Shown piece after piece: positions 18,076 through 25,874 of a stretch of 28,175 nt of DNA. Below the pieces are notes generated by a model. That model ran no database searches. It was given only the letters and a program-made list of their open reading frames with translations, and was not told the origin of the DNA. Source of the stretch: a virus (Duplodnaviria > Caudoviricetes). Made by a program: the position numbers and the translations under genes. Within the stretch, counting starts at the first letter, position 1. The number at the start of each line of letters is the position of its first letter. The DNA lies in IMG/VR virus record IMGVR_UViG_3300017910_000554, positions 1 to 28,175 of that record. The stretch is one strand, 5' to 3'.

Positions 18076-19474
18076 CTGTTTGCCCCTCTACTTCTGTTGT
18101 TTGAAATTGACCTCTAACTGTTCTAGTGTTATCAATTTCTTCATTAATAGTTCGAATAACTTCGTCTTTGTCAATAACTGCCTCCGCAATCTGTTTGTCT
18201 ATTTCTTTATTAAATGTTTCGGATTTAATTCCACTTGCTTTTGCTATTTGCAAATATTGTAGGTCGTTAGCCCAATCTCTAATATCAAATGTATCAGGAT
18301 AATTAACTGCCCCGTCCCATTCTTTGTTTATCCATTTTGAAAAAATACTCCAGATATGTTCTTCAGCATTCTCTAAATAATCTGCTTTTTCTGATAGTCT
18401 TGCATTTAATAATTGAAATTCTGTCTGCAGTGCAATCCCACTAGCTATTTGTGTTCCTGTTGCTCTTACTGAACCCATGTGTGTAATTCTGTCTATAGCA
18501 TCAATTTTATTTTGTATACATTTCATAATTCCGTCTAGGTTTTGACCGCTTGGTTGTATAATATATGGTTTTAATGCTGAATCCATATCTTCTGGTATTT
18601 CAATTATAGAACCAGCACCAGCACTCGCCTCTACATTTGGTGTCTTTACTAAACTTGGGTGGTTTGCCAATCTTATTAATTGTTCTTTTTCTGAATAATC
18701 GTTATAAATAGATTGTTGAAGATGTGCAACATCTGCCAAATCCGAAATACCTATGGGTCTTTTAGTTCCTCGTAAATTATAAACATTTACAGCAGGTATC
18801 ATATTTAATGGGTTGGGTATTTGCTCTATCAAACTTACTTTACCATTTGAATAATTTTGTTCAAAATCTGTTACTTTATAAGTAGATATTGTTTCTTCTG
18901 TAAATATCTTTAAAATGGCTCTTTCTGAATCAATATCTTCAACAATAGTTAAAAAATCTAAATAAAATCTTCCACTAGATGCTCTACTATAATTCCAGTT
19001 TACTACATTTTCTGGGGTATATATTGAAATATAAGGTCTAATATCTTGTGCTAATTCTTCTGCTCTTGTTTTTGTATTTGTTTGAGGTTTATCAACAATT
19101 ACCCAGCAATTCCCATAAATAGAAGCGTTCATTTGCACCTCCCGCATGACAGTATTAAAACTTCTTCCATCAAGGTCTGCATCTTTTAAGAATGACAGTA
19201 ATAAGGGGTCATCATTTAAACTGCCATAATCTCGGGTTGGTGGAACTCTCCATAAAAAACTTGTATATATTTGGACAACATTTTTACAATGATTATCTAA
19301 AGGTGTGTGCATTATTCTAGCATCATATTCTTCAGGCGATTCAAGAATATATCTATGTAAATAATAACCATTTTTGTAATCGTTACCACCTAAATAACTT
19401 CTGATATAGAACTCCCAATTAGATATATTTGCATTCCATAAATCATGTTTTTCAAGTATTAAATCTGTTTTCAT
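18056..19474 (-). CDS. Portal protein (SPP1 gp6-like)
   Basis: About 472 aa, directly after terL. YGNCWVIVD, IPAV, GISDL and SGIALQ motifs. Confidence 0.9.
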   Translation of the reverse strand: MKTDLILEKHDLWNANISNWEFYIRSYLGGNDYKNGYYLHRYILESPEEYDARIMHTPLDNHCKNVVQIYTSFLWRVPPTRDYGSLNDDPLLLSFLKDADLDGRSFNTVMREVQMNASIYGNCWVIVDKPQTNTKTRAEELAQDIRPYISIYTPENVVNWNYSRASSGRFYLDFLTIVEDIDSERAILKIFTEETISTYKVTDFEQNYSNGKVSLIEQIPNPLNMIPAVNVYNLRGTKRPIGISDLADVAHLQQSIYNDYSEKEQLIRLANHPSLVKTPNVEASAGAGSIIEIPEDMDSALKPYIIQPSGQNLDGIMKCIQNKIDAIDRITHMGSVRATGTQIASGIALQTEFQLLNARLSEKADYLENAEEHIWSIFSKWINKEWDGAVNYPDTFDIRDWANDLQYLQIAKASGIKSETFNKEIDKQIAEAVIDKDEVIRTINEEIDNTRTVRGQFQTTEVEGQTVGEEET

Positions 19475-20691
19475 TAACTCCACCTTGTTTGCGGTTGCGG
19501 TTTAAAATGACGTCTTAATGGAAAATTAAACTCTATCATATATCCTAAAGCATCGTTCATGTGGTCAAAGCCACTATCTTTATCAGGAATATGTGTTCCC
19601 TCCTTATAAATTTGTCGCTCTAAACTTTTTATAACATTTTTACAAGAATTTGAAATAAATAAATTATTTTCGCCATTAGTATTTTTTAATTTAGCATTTA
19701 CTGAATTAATTCTATCTCTAACTAAAGGTGCCGCATTTCGACATTTTACTTCAAAACCATAATTTTTTAATATTGCTAAATCAGTTAAACCACCTGCCGA
19801 TGTTTTTCTTTGTCTTGCACTAGGGTCTGGATATATTATTATTTTTTTTCCTTTATATCTATTTTTGATTTCTTCGCACATTTCGTTTGTATTGGAACTA
19901 TAGATTTGTATTTCATCAAAAACAATTATTTTTTGATTTTCAATTACACATACTACTGCACACATAGGATCAACATTAAAATCAAGCCCTAAATGAATAT
20001 ACGAATGTTGATTATTATAATCATAAATTATATTTTTATCTCTACTAAAATTATAATATATCATACCAGAATAATTAACAAATGTCGCTTCATACTCTTG
20101 TTGAAATGTCCTTATATCTAAATCTTGTTTTGCTTGTTCTATTTCTGTATCAGGAACTTGACCACCCTCTAATGTCGTATATTTAAAACTTTCCCATTCT
20201 TTGTTTGTTTCGCCCATTTTAAATAGTTCATAACTCCAGTTTCCAAAACCTCTTGGACTTCCACAAAATAAAGCATGACCATTTGTATCAGATAATGTGG
20301 GTCTCAGTACTTCATACCAAGCATTTTTATCTACATCGGAAAATTCATCAATGACTAAAAAATTTAATCCCACACCTCTTAATGAGTTTTCATTATCGCT
20401 TCCCCTTAATGTAATTGTGGAATTATTCCTTAATGTAATAGTTAAATCGCTATGATTTATGCTTTTTACCCATTTATGTTTAATTAATTTTTCTTTTAAT
20501 TCAGTCCAGCAAATGCTTTTTGCTTGTCTATAAGTCGGTGCAACATACCAAACCTTTTTATTTCGTTGTGATGCAAATTTTGCTATTTCATTAATTGCAA
20601 GATAAGTTTTGCCAAATCTTCTGCCAGTAACTAATACTCTAAACCTTGCACCTGAATTTATTACAGTAGTTTGTGGCTGGGTTAATGGCAC
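19474..20691 (-). CDS. terL: Terminase large subunit
   Basis: Walker A GRRFGKT, Walker B LVIDE, nuclease motifs GLDFN and DHMNDALGY. GTG start. Confidence 0.95.
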   Translation of the reverse strand: MPLTQPQTTVINSGARFRVLVTGRRFGKTYLAINEIAKFASQRNKKVWYVAPTYRQAKSICWTELKEKLIKHKWVKSINHSDLTITLRNNSTITLRGSDNENSLRGVGLNFLVIDEFSDVDKNAWYEVLRPTLSDTNGHALFCGSPRGFGNWSYELFKMGETNKEWESFKYTTLEGGQVPDTEIEQAKQDLDIRTFQQEYEATFVNYSGMIYYNFSRDKNIIYDYNNQHSYIHLGLDFNVDPMCAVVCVIENQKIIVFDEIQIYSSNTNEMCEEIKNRYKGKKIIIYPDPSARQRKTSAGGLTDLAILKNYGFEVKCRNAAPLVRDRINSVNAKLKNTNGENNLFISNSCKNVIKSLERQIYKEGTHIPDKDSGFDHMNDALGYMIEFNFPLRRHFKPQPQTRWS

Positions 20692-20915
20692 TATTTTCTA
20701 CCACGATTTAATTTTATAGACCGAATCCTTAAATTTTTTAATCTATTGTCCATTGGGTTTCTGTTTTTATGGTCTATATCTTTTCCGTTAATAGCTTTTA
20801 AACCTCTAATTTTTTTTATTATTGACCTTGCTTTATTTCTACTTGCTCTATTTTTAATTTGTTTTGGTTTAGAGTGATAATTTTTATACTCCTTTTTGTA
20901 ATTTCTTTTAGTCAT
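20691..20915 (-). CDS. Minimal HNH endonuclease between the terminase subunits
   Basis: DIDHKNRNPMDNRLKNL...NR motif with a basic N-terminus. Confidence 0.75.
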   Translation of the reverse strand: MTKRNYKKEYKNYHSKPKQIKNRASRNKARSIIKKIRGLKAINGKDIDHKNRNPMDNRLKNLRIRSIKLNRGRK

Positions 20916-21213
20916 TTGACCAGATTAAAGGTTCTTCTAATTGGTTTTCTTCTATTTTATCTTGTTGACCTAACATATTTTTTCCTAAAAAGATAAGCAT
21001 TGTTACATTTCCATTTTCACAAGCCCTCCATTGTAATTGTCTTAACCTCATTTTTTGCTCTGCCCTCCCTTTTATCAGAAATTCCGAATAACTCTTTTCT
21101 AATAAGTCTGGTGAACAACCGAAAAAATCAGCCATTTCTATGTTAGTACAACCTAATTTTGCTAAATTTGTTAATTGTTTTGTATTTATTTCATACTTTT
21201 TCGGTCTAGCCAT
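20908..21213 (-). CDS. terS: Terminase small subunit
   Basis: MARPKK start, HTH (CTNIEMADFFGCS) and GNVTMLIFLGKNMLGQ motif. Upstream of terL. Confidence 0.8.
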   Translation of the reverse strand: MARPKKYEINTKQLTNLAKLGCTNIEMADFFGCSPDLLEKSYSEFLIKGRAEQKMRLRQLQWRACENGNVTMLIFLGKNMLGQQDKIEENQLEEPLIWSND

Positions 21214-21270
21214 TCCTATTTTACCCTTTTGTTTAGGTATTTTATATTTATCAAACTTTTACATATAAAT

Positions 21271-22491
21271 CTAATTTATTTTTTTTGCTTTTTTTCCAGT
21301 ATAATTTTCCCACCTTTGAATTATTACATCTATATAAACTGGGTCTAATTCTATTCCATAACCAATACGACCTAATTTTTCTGATGCTATTATTGATGTT
21401 CCAGTTCCACAAAAACAATCCACAACACCCCTTGATTTATTCATTAAATCGCCAACAACAAACTCTGGTAAATGGACTGGAAATGTTGCTCCGTGAATTT
21501 GAGAAAATTCATTTTTTCTTTGTGGTGGAGCTTGATAAACATTTGAAAATTTACCTTGCCAACTTGCATATGGAATTACTCTTGAGGGATTATTTTTATT
21601 TGTATATAAAAACAACCATTCGTATCTACTAGACATGACTCCTTTTTGTATTTGTGGTGCCGAATGCCCTTTATCCCAAGTTATTATATCAATCATTTTT
21701 GAGGCATATTCTGATAATAAATTCATTAATGGTTTTTTTGATTTTGCTAATGGTTGCAAATTAAACACTGAAACTTCACAAAAAGACAGAGAACAATTTA
21801 AAGAATTTTTAATTAAATGTAAATAATCATCATCTTCTACTTTATCCTGATAATTTGAATAAGCAGAATTTTTTTTATTTAAAAAAGTATTTCCACTTAA
21901 TTTAATTGATTCCCCTAAATTATAAGGTGGTGAAGTAAAACATATAATACCTTTTTCGATCTGTAACTTTTCCCAAACTTTAATATCAGTCGCATCTCCA
22001 CAAATTATTTTATGTTTTCCTAATTCATAAATATCGCCAAGTTTTGATTTAGGTTTTTTAGGTGGTTCAGGTATTTTATCTTCATCAGTTAAATATTGTT
22101 CATCATTTTTTAAAAATTCATCTAATTCAGTAGAATCAAAACCTAACAAGTCTATATTGTAATTATCATCTAATAAACTTTTAACTTCTAAATCTAGCAA
22201 ATCAAAATCCCAAATAGAATCCTCATTTAATCGGTTATCAGCTATTCTATATGCTTTTGCTTTAGACTCCGATAAATCTGCAATTTGGACTGGGACTTGT
22301 TTTAAACCTATTTTTTTAGCTCCTAATAATCTGGTATGACCCACAATAACAATCATATTTTTATCAACTACAATAGGTTGTTGAAACCCATATTCAGCAA
22401 TAGAACTAGCAACTTTGTCTACTGCTTGATTTTTTCTTGGATTATTGTGATAAGGTATTACCTTTTCAATATCTATATTTTCTATATTCAT
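21271..22491 (-). CDS. ParB/Srx-domain fused DNA amino-methyltransferase (beta class, probably m4C)
   Basis: N-terminal NNPR...YGFQQPIVVD...VGHTR...RIADNR. Catalytic TSPPY precedes SAM-binding DCFCGTGT. Likely ATG at 22491. Confidence 0.85.
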   Translation of the reverse strand: MNIENIDIEKVIPYHNNPRKNQAVDKVASSIAEYGFQQPIVVDKNMIVIVGHTRLLGAKKIGLKQVPVQIADLSESKAKAYRIADNRLNEDSIWDFDLLDLEVKSLLDDNYNIDLLGFDSTELDEFLKNDEQYLTDEDKIPEPPKKPKSKLGDIYELGKHKIICGDATDIKVWEKLQIEKGIICFTSPPYNLGESIKLSGNTFLNKKNSAYSNYQDKVEDDDYLHLIKNSLNCSLSFCEVSVFNLQPLAKSKKPLMNLLSEYASKMIDIITWDKGHSAPQIQKGVMSSRYEWLFLYTNKNNPSRVIPYASWQGKFSNVYQAPPQRKNEFSQIHGATFPVHLPEFVVGDLMNKSRGVVDCFCGTGTSIIASEKLGRIGYGIELDPVYIDVIIQRWENYTGKKAKKIN

Positions 22492-23348
22492 TATAGCCAC
22501 CCTCTCATATCTAAATAAATTTCAGCATCATTTTTATTAAATTTGTTTTCATTGATAGCCCTTTTAACCAGATGAATATTATCTCTTGCTATTTTACTTG
22601 TTGCGGGTCTTTCTTGTTTAGATTCAATTACTTCTATAAATCTTTTTAAGTAAAATGTGTAATCATCAATTTTTTCTTCGTTTATTTTTACTTCTTCATC
22701 TTCGTATTTTCTAGCTGATAACCAAAAAGCTGGTTGTTTAGCAAATTTTTTATCTTCTACATTATCAAAGTATTTATTATACATATTTGCTAACTCTACT
22801 GCTTTTTCTTTCCATTCTATATCTAAATTATTAAAGTTTTTTTCAGCTATTCCCTTGCTAACCTTATTTTTAACCTTTTCCCAAAATAAAGGGAAATTAC
22901 TCTTTTCTTTGGTTTTAGGTTTAATGGTAGTGGTAGTGGTAGGGGTAGGGGGGTTTTCGCTAGGTTTAGGGCTAGGTTTTTTTGGTCGCCCTCCTAACTT
23001 ACCATTTTGTCTTGATGCTTCTATTCTATTCGTAATATATAAATATTCTTGTAATTGTCTTTCATTTTGATAATGATCGTTAATTTTTATAAAAAATTCT
23101 TTAATTACTGATTCGCATGATTTCTTTTCTTCTTCAGAAATGCAATTTGCTATTCTATGCTGTGTCATGCTATCGCATGGTATGCCGCAACATCTTTTAT
23201 TCCAATTCCAACATAGTAAACGTATATAAATACCGACTTCAAGATTACTTAAATGACTCGTTCCAGAAATAAAAGAATCTGTAAATAAATACCATGCTTT
23301 TAATTTTTCATTTGGTTTTGAATTTTCTTCAATAAATGTTTTGTCCAT
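22491..23348 (-). CDS. DUF1376/YdaU-family replication initiator-like protein
   Basis: LSNLEVGIYIRLL..W, NERQ, NGKLGGRPK, Pro/Thr linker, and C-terminal FW...K..K..A...PAFWL domain. Confidence 0.75.
   Translation of the reverse strand: MDKTFIEENSKPNEKLKAWYLFTDSFISGTSHLSNLEVGIYIRLLCWNWNKRCCGIPCDSMTQHRIANCISEEEKKSCESVIKEFFIKINDHYQNERQLQEYLYITNRIEASRQNGKLGGRPKKPSPKPSENPPTPTTTTTIKPKTKEKSNFPLFWEKVKNKVSKGIAEKNFNNLDIEWKEKAVELANMYNKYFDNVEDKKFAKQPAFWLSARKYEDEEVKINEEKIDDYTFYLKRFIEVIESKQERPATSKIARDNIHLVKRAINENKFNKNDAEIYLDMRGWL
22911..22985. repeat. Iteron-like repeats in the initiator linker (candidate origin)
   Basis: GCTAGGTTT at 22959-22967 and 22971-22979, TAGGTTT at 22916-22922, and GGTAG(T/G) x4 at 22926-22949. 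Confidence 0.45.
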
Positions 23349-23388
23349 AATATACTCCTCAATTTAAAACATTTTATCACAAATTAAT

Positions 23389-23416
23389 TAAAACCTAAAC
23401 TTTTTTTTAGGTAAAA
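23389..23416. promoter_or_regulatory. Palindromic operator 1 (TAAAACCTA-N10-TAGGTAAAA) upstream of the initiator
   Basis: Same left half-site and 10-nt spacer as the site at 23983-24010. An extended -10 TGATAAAAT on the minus strand (23379-23371) lies just downstream. Confidence 0.55.
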
Positions 23417-23446
23417 GAAAACCCTTAAAATAAATTAAGGGCTTTC
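23412..23446 (-). terminator. Rho-independent terminator
   Basis: GAAAGCCCUUAA-UUUAUU-UUAAGGGUUUUC (12 bp, one G-U) followed by UUUU. Confidence 0.7.
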
Positions 23447-23500
23447 CTTATTAATTAACAGTCATAAGACTTAAAACAAATGAGGAGTATGTTTAAGTCC
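23412..23500 (-). ncRNA. Candidate ~90-nt small RNA with an anti-Shine-Dalgarno loop
   Basis: Promoter at 23535-23507. Stem GGACUUAAACA/UGUUUUAAGUCU encloses the loop UACUCCUCAUU, followed by a terminator hairpin. G-U pairs form only on the minus strand. Confidence 0.6.
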
Positions 23501-23506
23501 TTAATT

Positions 23507-23535
23507 ATTTAAGCATATAATTTTTATATTAGCAA
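23507..23535 (-). promoter_or_regulatory. Promoter for the candidate sRNA
   Basis: TTGCTA-N17-TTAAAT with TG extension, then AATTAA and G23500. Same -35/-10 pattern as 23956-23928. Confidence 0.5.
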
Positions 23536-23909
23536 TTTATTTTTGCCATTTGTTTTAATGGAATATATTTTTTAATAATTGATTCAACTTGATATAAACA
23601 ATCGCTTAAATTTCCTTGAATAATGAAATGTGGTGTTTCATAGATTGACGATTGAACTTTCCATAATTTTTGTGCTTCTGATAATTTCCCTTTTTGATTT
23701 TTTATTTCTAAATATAACATTTTGCCTTTTGGGTATTCTATAATCATATCTGGGGCACCAGCTCTTAATCCCATTTTTTTTAATTTAACTTGAAATGATA
23801 TTTTTTTTTTTTTTTTTTTTGGCACATGAAAATGACGAAATAAATAAGCTTTTGATAAATGATTTAATAAAACATTACAGGCTATTTGTATATCTGATTC
23901 TTTTATCAT
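23529..23909 (-). CDS. VRR-NUC domain nuclease (Holliday junction resolvase-like)
   Basis: ESDIQ, FHVP, KKMG...GAPD, YLEIK...GKLSEAQKLW. Contains a suspicious 20-nt homopolymer. Confidence 0.8.
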   Translation of the reverse strand: MIKESDIQIACNVLLNHLSKAYLFRHFHVPKKKKKKISFQVKLKKMGLRAGAPDMIIEYPKGKMLYLEIKNQKGKLSEAQKLWKVQSSIYETPHFIIQGNLSDCLYQVESIIKKYIPLKQMAKINC

Positions 23910-23927
23910 TTTTACCTCTTTTTATGT

Positions 23928-23956
23928 ATTTAATAAAAAATTTAAAAAAAAAGCAA
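23928..23956 (-). promoter_or_regulatory. Leftward promoter
   Basis: TTGCTT-N17-TTAAAT upstream of the GAGGT RBS of the VRR-NUC gene. Confidence 0.5.
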
Positions 23957-23974
23957 TTATTTTACGTTTTTAAC

Positions 23975-24002
23975 TTTACTTTTAAAACCTAGACTTTATA
24001 AT
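23975..24002 (+). promoter_or_regulatory. Rightward early promoter
   Basis: TTTACT-N16-TATAAT upstream of the GAGGAG RBS of the first plus-strand gene. Confidence 0.5.
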
Positions 24003-24010
24003 AGGTTTTA
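23983..24010. promoter_or_regulatory. Palindromic operator 2 (TAAAACCTA-N10-TAGGTTTTA)
   Basis: Perfect 9-bp inverted repeat straddling the -10 of the rightward promoter. Confidence 0.6.
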
Positions 24011-24036
24011 TAATAATAAAAAATGAGGAGTTAAAA

Positions 24037-24246
24037 ATGTACTATACAGAAAAAGTTTTAAGATACAGAGTTTACACCCAAGACAAAATTGCTGAAGATA
24101 AAGATGTTTGGTCTTTATATTATTCATCAAATGATTTACTTGATGCAGATAAAGTAAAGTGTTCTTTTGACAATGACGAGTTAAGAATAGCTAGACTTTA
24201 TGACAATCGTTGTGAAAGCACAATCCAGCGTTCAATGTTAATATGA
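24037..24246 (+). CDS. Hypothetical early protein
   Basis: 69 aa, strong GAGGAG RBS, first gene of the operon. Confidence 0.75.
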   Translation: MYYTEKVLRYRVYTQDKIAEDKDVWSLYYSSNDLLDADKVKCSFDNDELRIARLYDNRCESTIQRSMLI

Positions 24247-24398
24247 TTTTAGAAAGAGCATTTAAAGATATTAAAAGGTTTGACCTTATCAGCAATGGTA
24301 AGGTCACCCATTTCTTTCGTGTAATTTTTTTAGATGATACGATTGGATTATACGATAATAAAATGATTAAAATTAATATTTACAATAATAGGACATAA
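24243..24398 (+). CDS. Hypothetical protein (51 aa, not in ORF track)
   Basis: MILERAFKDIKRFDLISNGKVTHFFRVIFLDDTIGLYDNKMIKINIYNNRT*. ATGA overlap with the previous gene. Confidence 0.65.
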   Translation: MILERAFKDIKRFDLISNGKVTHFFRVIFLDDTIGLYDNKMIKINIYNNRT

Positions 24399-24447
24399 CA
24401 CCAAAAGGGGATCGAACACCCCATAATAATAATAATAGGAGATAATA

Positions 24448-24639
24448 ATGAAATCAAATATCGAAAATTTACTACTTCAAAAAGTAACCATTTTAAAAGG
24501 CAGATTAGCAAAACAACCATATTGCACACCTTTTGATAATCAAGAGTTATTTCACTTTAAAAACTCAATAGATGAGTTATTTGAAATTTCTACTGAACTT
24601 TTAAAAAAATCAAATATTAATAATTATAAGGAGAAATAA
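24448..24639 (+). CDS. Hypothetical protein
   Basis: 63 aa, AGGAG RBS. Confidence 0.7.
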   Translation: MKSNIENLLLQKVTILKGRLAKQPYCTPFDNQELFHFKNSIDELFEISTELLKKSNINNYKEK

Positions 24640-24641
24640 TA

Positions 24642-24848
24642 ATGAACAATTTATTACATGATTTAGCAAAACTAGATGAAGTAAAACAAATTTTAGTTAC
24701 ATTTTTATATACAAATCGAAAAGATCACCATCTTCATAAAAATATTCAAAATGCTATGAATATCGTTGGGGAGTTAATTCAAGAAAAAAGCAACAGAGTC
24801 GATGAAATCATTGAAATTGATAAGCGGAGGTCTCAATGGGGAAAGTAA
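24642..24848 (+). CDS. Hypothetical protein
   Basis: 68 aa, AGGAG RBS, helical. Confidence 0.7.
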   Translation: MNNLLHDLAKLDEVKQILVTFLYTNRKDHHLHKNIQNAMNIVGELIQEKSNRVDEIIEIDKRRSQWGK

Positions 24849-25048
24849 ACTCTTTAATTTTAGATTGGCAACAAAAAATCCATGAGATTGAAGATTATCC
24901 AATTATAATTTCAGAAGCAGAAAATGTTTCTGAACTTGTTGCTTTTGTTGTTGATTATTTAGACTTAAAATATGACATTGATAAAGATCATGTTTTTCAT
25001 ATTTGTTCCGAAGATTGGAATGAATATTGGTCTTATTATAATATGTGA
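24836..25048 (+). CDS. Hypothetical acidic protein
   Basis: 70 aa, GGAGG RBS, acidic/aromatic. Confidence 0.7.
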   Translation: MGKVNSLILDWQQKIHEIEDYPIIISEAENVSELVAFVVDYLDLKYDIDKDHVFHICSEDWNEYWSYYNM

Positions 25049-25440
25049 TCGTTATGAACAAAAACATTTTAAGGCACATTAAAAATGCTACCCCAAAAAA
25101 ATATACATTTTGGAATACAGATAAACATTTTAAAATTAGTTTTATTTTTCTGCTACTAATACTTATTTTAATATTATCTGGTTGCAGTTCAATGCCAATA
25201 GTCGATAGCAGAGGTAAATCAGCGGCGAATATCAAAGGCGATATGAACCGATTCCATGATGATTATTTTACTTGTAAAAGCCTTGTAGAATTAGAAACAA
25301 ATACTGTTTTAGATTATGGAAAAATCTTATATAATAGTATGAGGTGGCGAGTTTTATGGTTATCACCAAAAATTAACACACGATCTGACTTAATAAATAA
25401 TTGTCTTGAGGGTCGTGGTTATAATGTCATTAATAAATAA
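25045..25440 (+). CDS. Lipoprotein (possible superinfection exclusion)
   Basis: Hydrophobic stretch plus lipobox ILSG/C, then PIVD, D...C and NCLEGRGY motifs. Start is GTG 25045 or ATG 25054. Confidence 0.7.
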   Translation: MIVMNKNILRHIKNATPKKYTFWNTDKHFKISFIFLLLILILILSGCSSMPIVDSRGKSAANIKGDMNRFHDDYFTCKSLVELETNTVLDYGKILYNSMRWRVLWLSPKINTRSDLINNCLEGRGYNVINK

Positions 25441-25454
25441 CAGAGGAGTAAAAT

Positions 25455-25874
25455 ATGACAGATCAAATAACAGGAACAGTTAAAAGTTGTTTCGATAATT
25501 CAAAAGAGGGCGAATATAATTATGCTATTATCTTGAATGATGAAACAAGGCTTTATTATCGAGGTTTTGAATTGAACCCATTATTGCAAAATGGCGATAC
25601 CATTAAATATAAAGTTATCAATACCAAACATTCAAAGCAAGGCAATCCATATACAAATGTTAGTAGTGTGGAAATAGTTAACGATAATGCTGAATCACAA
25701 TCATCTGGAACAATTACCAATAATTTTACAAAAAATAATACACAAAGATTAGATATTTTTGTAACAGGTATTGTTGGTAGATCAATGGGTTCTGGTCATT
25801 TTTCGGTGCATGATATAAGCGAATTAACTAAAAATGCAGTTAGTGCTTTTAATGAAAACCTTAAAGAACTATAA
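25455..25874 (+). CDS. Putative OB-fold single-stranded DNA-binding protein
   Basis: Beta-rich N-terminal domain (ITGTV...GDTIKY...GNPYTNV), linker and helical C-terminus. Recombination-module context. Confidence 0.5.
   Translation: MTDQITGTVKSCFDNSKEGEYNYAIILNDETRLYYRGFELNPLLQNGDTIKYKVINTKHSKQGNPYTNVSSVEIVNDNAESQSSGTITNNFTKNNTQRLDIFVTGIVGRSMGSGHFSVHDISELTKNAVSAFNENLKEL

Noticed and set aside
21218-21240. ACCTAAAC...GGGTAAAA upstream of terS, similar to operator 1
   Set aside because: The spacer is 4 nt shorter and the right half is degenerate. Single AAACCTA sites are common here as Leu-Gly-Phe codons.
2262-23070. Plus-strand ORFs antisense to structural/replication genes (e.g. 2262-2543, 4649-4900, 10412-10699, 15647-15982, 21285-21632) and nested 2512-2712
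   Set aside because: Shadows of well-supported genes, with no convincing RBS or motifs.
23480-23512. Plus-strand mini-ORF MRSMFKSLII around GAGGAG
   Set aside because: The SD is inside the ORF or only 1 nt from the second ATG. G-U asymmetry, promoter and terminator all favour a minus-strand RNA.
23795-23992. ORF MIFFFFFFL... on the plus strand
   Set aside because: Product of the T20 tract. Antisense to the nuclease and runs through the promoter region.
24403-24422. GGGGTGTTCGATCCCC on the minus strand, resembling a tRNA T-arm or attP remnant
   Set aside because: The T-stem is mispaired, there is no rest of a cloverleaf or CCA, and no integrase. At most a weak 4-bp hairpin.
24903-25235. 110-aa minus-strand ORF
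   Set aside because: Antisense to two better-supported plus-strand genes, including the lipoprotein.
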